In this document: positions 62,001 to 64,000 of the stretch, in pieces
Layout of the letters: every line of letters starts with the position of its first letter
Numbering within the stretch: the stretch's first letter is position 1
NCBI GenBank assembly: GCA_029263175.1
Contig: JAJCXZ010000106.1
Span: 5,214-69,213, forward strand
DNA: 64,000 bases
Direction of reading: 5' to 3'
Source: Acidimicrobiales bacterium
GTDB taxonomy: Bacteria; Actinomycetota; Acidimicrobiia; Acidimicrobiales; Aldehydirespiratoraceae
Notes under the pieces: generated by a model
Databases searched by the model: none
Told to the model about the DNA's origin: nothing
Seen by the model: the letters and a program-made list of their open reading frames with translations, nothing else
Made by a program: the position numbers and the translations under genes

Positions 62001-64000
62001 CGGCTGGCTCGGGGCGACATTGCTCTGCTCGCCGTCGATCAAGACCTTGGTCCACGCGCCGCTGCCCACCGACTCGGTCAGCGGTCGAATGCAGCCGTCG
62101 AGCCCGGCAAGCCGTGACTGACCGAACGGCGATGGTGTGGTGAGCAGCGAGATCGGTGCCAGCTCGCCGACCATGTCGACGGTCTGCACCGTGACCGTGC
62201 CCGCAATGTCTCGCTCGATGGTGCCGGTGACCGCATAGCCCACCGGGAATCCTTGACCCTCGATGAGGTCGCCGAAGGTGTAGCTCTCGGTCAGGTCGTA
62301 GGTGCTGGTCCGGTCGCCGACGATGGATGTCCACGACGTGGTCGTGTCGAGATCGATCGGCGCGGCGATGAAGCCCTCGGTCACATCGATGGGAACGAGT
62401 GGCTTGTTGTCGTTGATGCCGACACCGCCGACAATGCCCAGGTCCTCCCATACGATCAGGTCCCTGACCGGATCGGCGATCTGCTCCTCGTCTTGGGCGT
62501 ACGCCTGGGTCAGCGGTACGACGAGGGGACCGAGCAGGATGGCCCCGACGACCACGGCAAGCGTGCCGGCCCGGAGTTCGGCGAGCTGGGGCCGCCGTCC
62601 CACGATCAGGCCGATGGTGACCGCAGCAGACAGGGCGGTGAGCGCGATCCCGAAGGTGATGGCGCCGCTGCGGTTGAGTAGACCCGCGATCTGGGTGACG
62701 ATCAAGCCGACACCGAACGCCAGAACCGCCAGCGTCGAGCGCTTGCCCATCGGGCCCTTCTCACCCATGCGCAGAACCAGGTTGCGACCCTGCGACAGGC
62801 CGAGACCGGCACCGACCACCAGGGCGAGCGCGATTGCCCACAGGGGTGTCGCCGTGTTGAACACGACGACGGAAACGGCAGCGACGATCGCCATGATGGC
62901 GAGACGCAGGGCCTCCATCGTCGGCCGGATTCGGTTCTCTCGCCGCGCCAGCAACAAGGTGATGAGCAGCATCACCAGCGAAAACGCCAGTAGCACCGGT
63001 GTGATCAGCTTCGCCCACAACGGGCCATCGCTGGATGCGCCACTACCGGAGCCCGTGTCCTCGGCGACCGCATCGAGCGTGGGGGCCGCACTGCCAGCGG
63101 GCGCGGCCGCCGGCGCGATGCCGGAGCCGTCGACGTTGATGTCGATCACGCCGACCGACAGTGCCGGGTCGAGGGCGGCCGCGAGATACGGCGGCACGTC
63201 CTGAAAGTCGGTGCTGCGCGGGATGAACGGCACCCCCTCGCAGCTCTGCGCCTGGGGCGCCACCAGCGCCATCAGCCGGATCGCCTCGGCTCGAGCCACC
63301 TCCACGTCGAACTTACGGTCGGCCTGGCGGTAGTCGAAGCGAGCGCCGACGGCGAGATTGTCGGGGCCGTCGACGAATCCGATACCGAAATCGAAGCTGT
63401 CCTCGTAGCTGCAGACGGTGGTGAGGAGGGGGTCGCCCATGCCTTCGGCGGCCCACTGCACCGTCATGAGTAGCTCCGACCACAGATCGTCGCCGTCCAC
63501 AGCGCCGCCCCACCAGCATCGGGCCTCCCAGACGCCGGTGTAACTCTCGGGTCTGATGCTCGGGTCGTCGAACTGGATCTCGAGGTTCGGCAGCGGGTCG
63601 CTGCACGTCATGCCCGGAGGTGGACACCGGTCGACCGCCACCGGTGCGACCTGCATCGCGAGCGACTCGACTGCTGCCTGCCACTCGGTTCGGTGGTCGT
63701 CATAGGGGTCCGGCGCGTAGTCCGCTTCCGCGCGAATTGAGTAACCCTCGACACCGGCAAAAAGCACGATGCGGTCGTCCTGCTCGAACGTGGGAGCGGT
63801 TGTGCAATTGCTGGGCAACGCTGTATCGGGTTTGTTCCATGTGAGCGTGATGGTCACGCCACCGCTGTCATAGGTACAGCGAACCGTTGCGGTCTCGCCG
63901 CCGACAGACGGCTGCTGCTCGACGACTTCGTAGCCGCCGACTGCGGGGCACGTCACCAACCCGGCGTAGAAGTCGAGCTCCTCCTGGGAGGCCGGCTCAG
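59037..64000 (-). CDS. Giant multi-pass membrane polymorphic-toxin-like protein (locus B), 5'-partial, with C-terminal CyaA/EF/ExoY-like nucleotidyl cyclase domain
   Basis: The reading frame stays open from 63959 to the window edge (no stop in ..EPASQEELDFYAGL-VTCP), so the true start lies outside the window. Cys-rich N-region. Five TM helices including the 4-TM module. Signal-like LVVPLTQAYAQD. Central region collinear with locus A. ADARR repeats. Last 266 aa carry R-STNPDSMHWIRDGKAVPKPVNIKSKT, PYAGDIDLVYL and IEHGPET. Confidence 0.8.
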   Translation of the reverse strand, partial: EPASQEELDFYAGLVTCPAVGGYEVVEQQPSVGGETATVRCTYDSGGVTITLTWNKPDTALPSNCTTAPTFEQDDRIVLFAGVEGYSIRAEADYAPDPYDDHRTEWQAAVESLAMQVAPVAVDRCPPPGMTCSDPLPNLEIQFDDPSIRPESYTGVWEARCWWGGAVDGDDLWSELLMTVQWAAEGMGDPLLTTVCSYEDSFDFGIGFVDGPDNLAVGARFDYRQADRKFDVEVARAEAIRLMALVAPQAQSCEGVPFIPRSTDFQDVPPYLAAALDPALSVGVIDINVDGSGIAPAAAPAGSAAPTLDAVAEDTGSGSGASSDGPLWAKLITPVLLAFSLVMLLITLLLARRENRIRPTMEALRLAIMAIVAAVSVVVFNTATPLWAIALALVVGAGLGLSQGRNLVLRMGEKGPMGKRSTLAVLAFGVGLIVTQIAGLLNRSGAITFGIALTALSAAVTIGLIVGRRPQLAELRAGTLAVVVGAILLGPLVVPLTQAYAQDEEQIADPVRDLIVWEDLGIVGGVGINDNKPLVPIDVTEGFIAAPIDLDTTTSWTSIVGDRTSTYDLTESYTFGDLIEGQGFPVGYAVTGTIERDIAGTVTVQTVDMVGELAPISLLTTPSPFGQSRLAGLDGCIRPLTESVGSGAWTKVLIDGEQSNVAPSQPLADVVVDCDIDGFTIDEALAAAPPPPEAPAGSCAPYQNVVAGMDDGSWQPGDVDADTITKLYIDPHSTNCTSGMVYGSDARGATRMEVNYDLASSDAATYVNQQWNARDGMTTRFQPHEIPEADRCDVDANGVSVNRADQEQCTSISNYDLADGQIFIFTDTATADGPNVSIRGVFSWGSIRARCHHCDPSDPRIPALIESWRRQGPNWSGPTELLGEVGLPEPDPVPTTAAAPTEADLLEDQAEALGVDADTIDLFVPEGADDETRAAAIAALVGAMGAAGLLAAGLADAGMSAQELADAFRNGGLRGLADALREEADAEAAVTVMDERGQPMLPGEDGLYDWGGRRVPRSELEELIADQRDANRDRDRRAQSIIDEGKSDEAAAERFAGLAGRSQVEHDALMQEIRDGWQRVEDLGRAQDRYDEIAARIDALDLGQAARDQTYWDNPVNWVAEVASTFNDRIWDDIVALTRLDDENAVLLMGEGIYETTRTIGIALRGALDAVAEAASHPDAGTILWDTMRDTAYDVFIGSVTGDPETYDHFVQAADTIATVGALARDNAGAIVQALTGIDQLIASMDPDLPLHDRMQHFAAFAAEALMFGSGYVDEGVDALRAVDAAADARRATEAAADARRAADAAADARRAADAAADAERVAQAAEDARRAADAAGDTRRAAEAAEDARRATDAAANARRLAEATEARRVADLAADAGRVADDLAPPPPGWVDNLPEGAAIERNVMHEVGYSQAQVDELAAIANKYDIQIGSRSTNPDSMHWIRDGKAVPKPVNIKSKTINNLDTYIGANRADEGLVGYFRPTEPNMRNVPTELQSAVQQRYAQRLEEYYKLRGDVDGMVLRGEVVERNGMLFQVGESGREIPYAGDIDLVYLRNPDGTHLSGEKFLEVMEDLKKSGAGIEHGPETDVINYLTRGHTPGSPEWHEAYQKAIKLHESLEDAHLSGAEMILQIGSDGVLRRGPRLDELPRLSQS
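59850..60160 (-). repeat. In-frame tandem repeat, about 30-nt period (about 10 units), encoding AADARRAADA-type helical repeats
   Basis: For example gcatcggcagcccgccgtgcgtcggccgca / gcatcggcagcccgtcttgcgtcggccgcg at about 60055 and 60085. Protein: DAAADARRATEAAADARRAADAAADARRAADAAADAERVAQAAEDARRAADAAGDTRRAAEAAEDARRATDAAANARR. Confidence 0.8.

Overview
By eye this is a GC-rich bacterial chromosomal segment; I did not compute GC content. The gene content suggests an Actinobacteriota-like organism (many VapBC modules, truncated haemoglobin, DUF4262, two-domain GNAT), but taxonomy is unconfirmed. No rRNA, tRNA or CRISPR array was recognised.

Four zones:
(1) 0.3-22.3 kb: one co-directional, partly translationally coupled defence island. 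In order it holds a RelE-like/UvrD-like helicase, an Hhe-like DUF4011-helicase-DUF559 giant, a type I R-M system with two tandem hsdS genes and an HsdR-AlbA_2 fusion, T5orf172, a GmrSD-like enzyme, a radical SAM gene coupled to a methyltransferase-helicase fusion, and a PD-(D/E)XK protein.
(2) 22.4-34.4 kb: an accessory zone. It has a sigma-factor-like module, then a run of two-gene toxin-antitoxin or toxin-immunity-like modules. Seven same-orientation copies of a conserved intergenic core repeat separate these modules, giving a cassette-like organisation.
(3) 34.4-49 kb: mostly housekeeping or ordinary genes (trHb, M55 peptidase, photolyase/SDR/DUF1295 cluster, SRPBCC, CBS, lipoprotein, NS-nuclease-LTD, one more vapBC, GNAT, rhomboid).
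(4) 49-64 kb: two tandem small zinc-ribbon peptides next to a GS-like amidoligase membrane protein, followed by two convergent paralogous loci encoding giant membrane or lipoprotein polymorphic-toxin-like proteins with cognate partners. One of these carries a C-terminal domain whose motifs match CyaA/EF/ExoY-type nucleotidyl cyclase toxins.

All domain calls come from motif recognition by eye, not from database searches.
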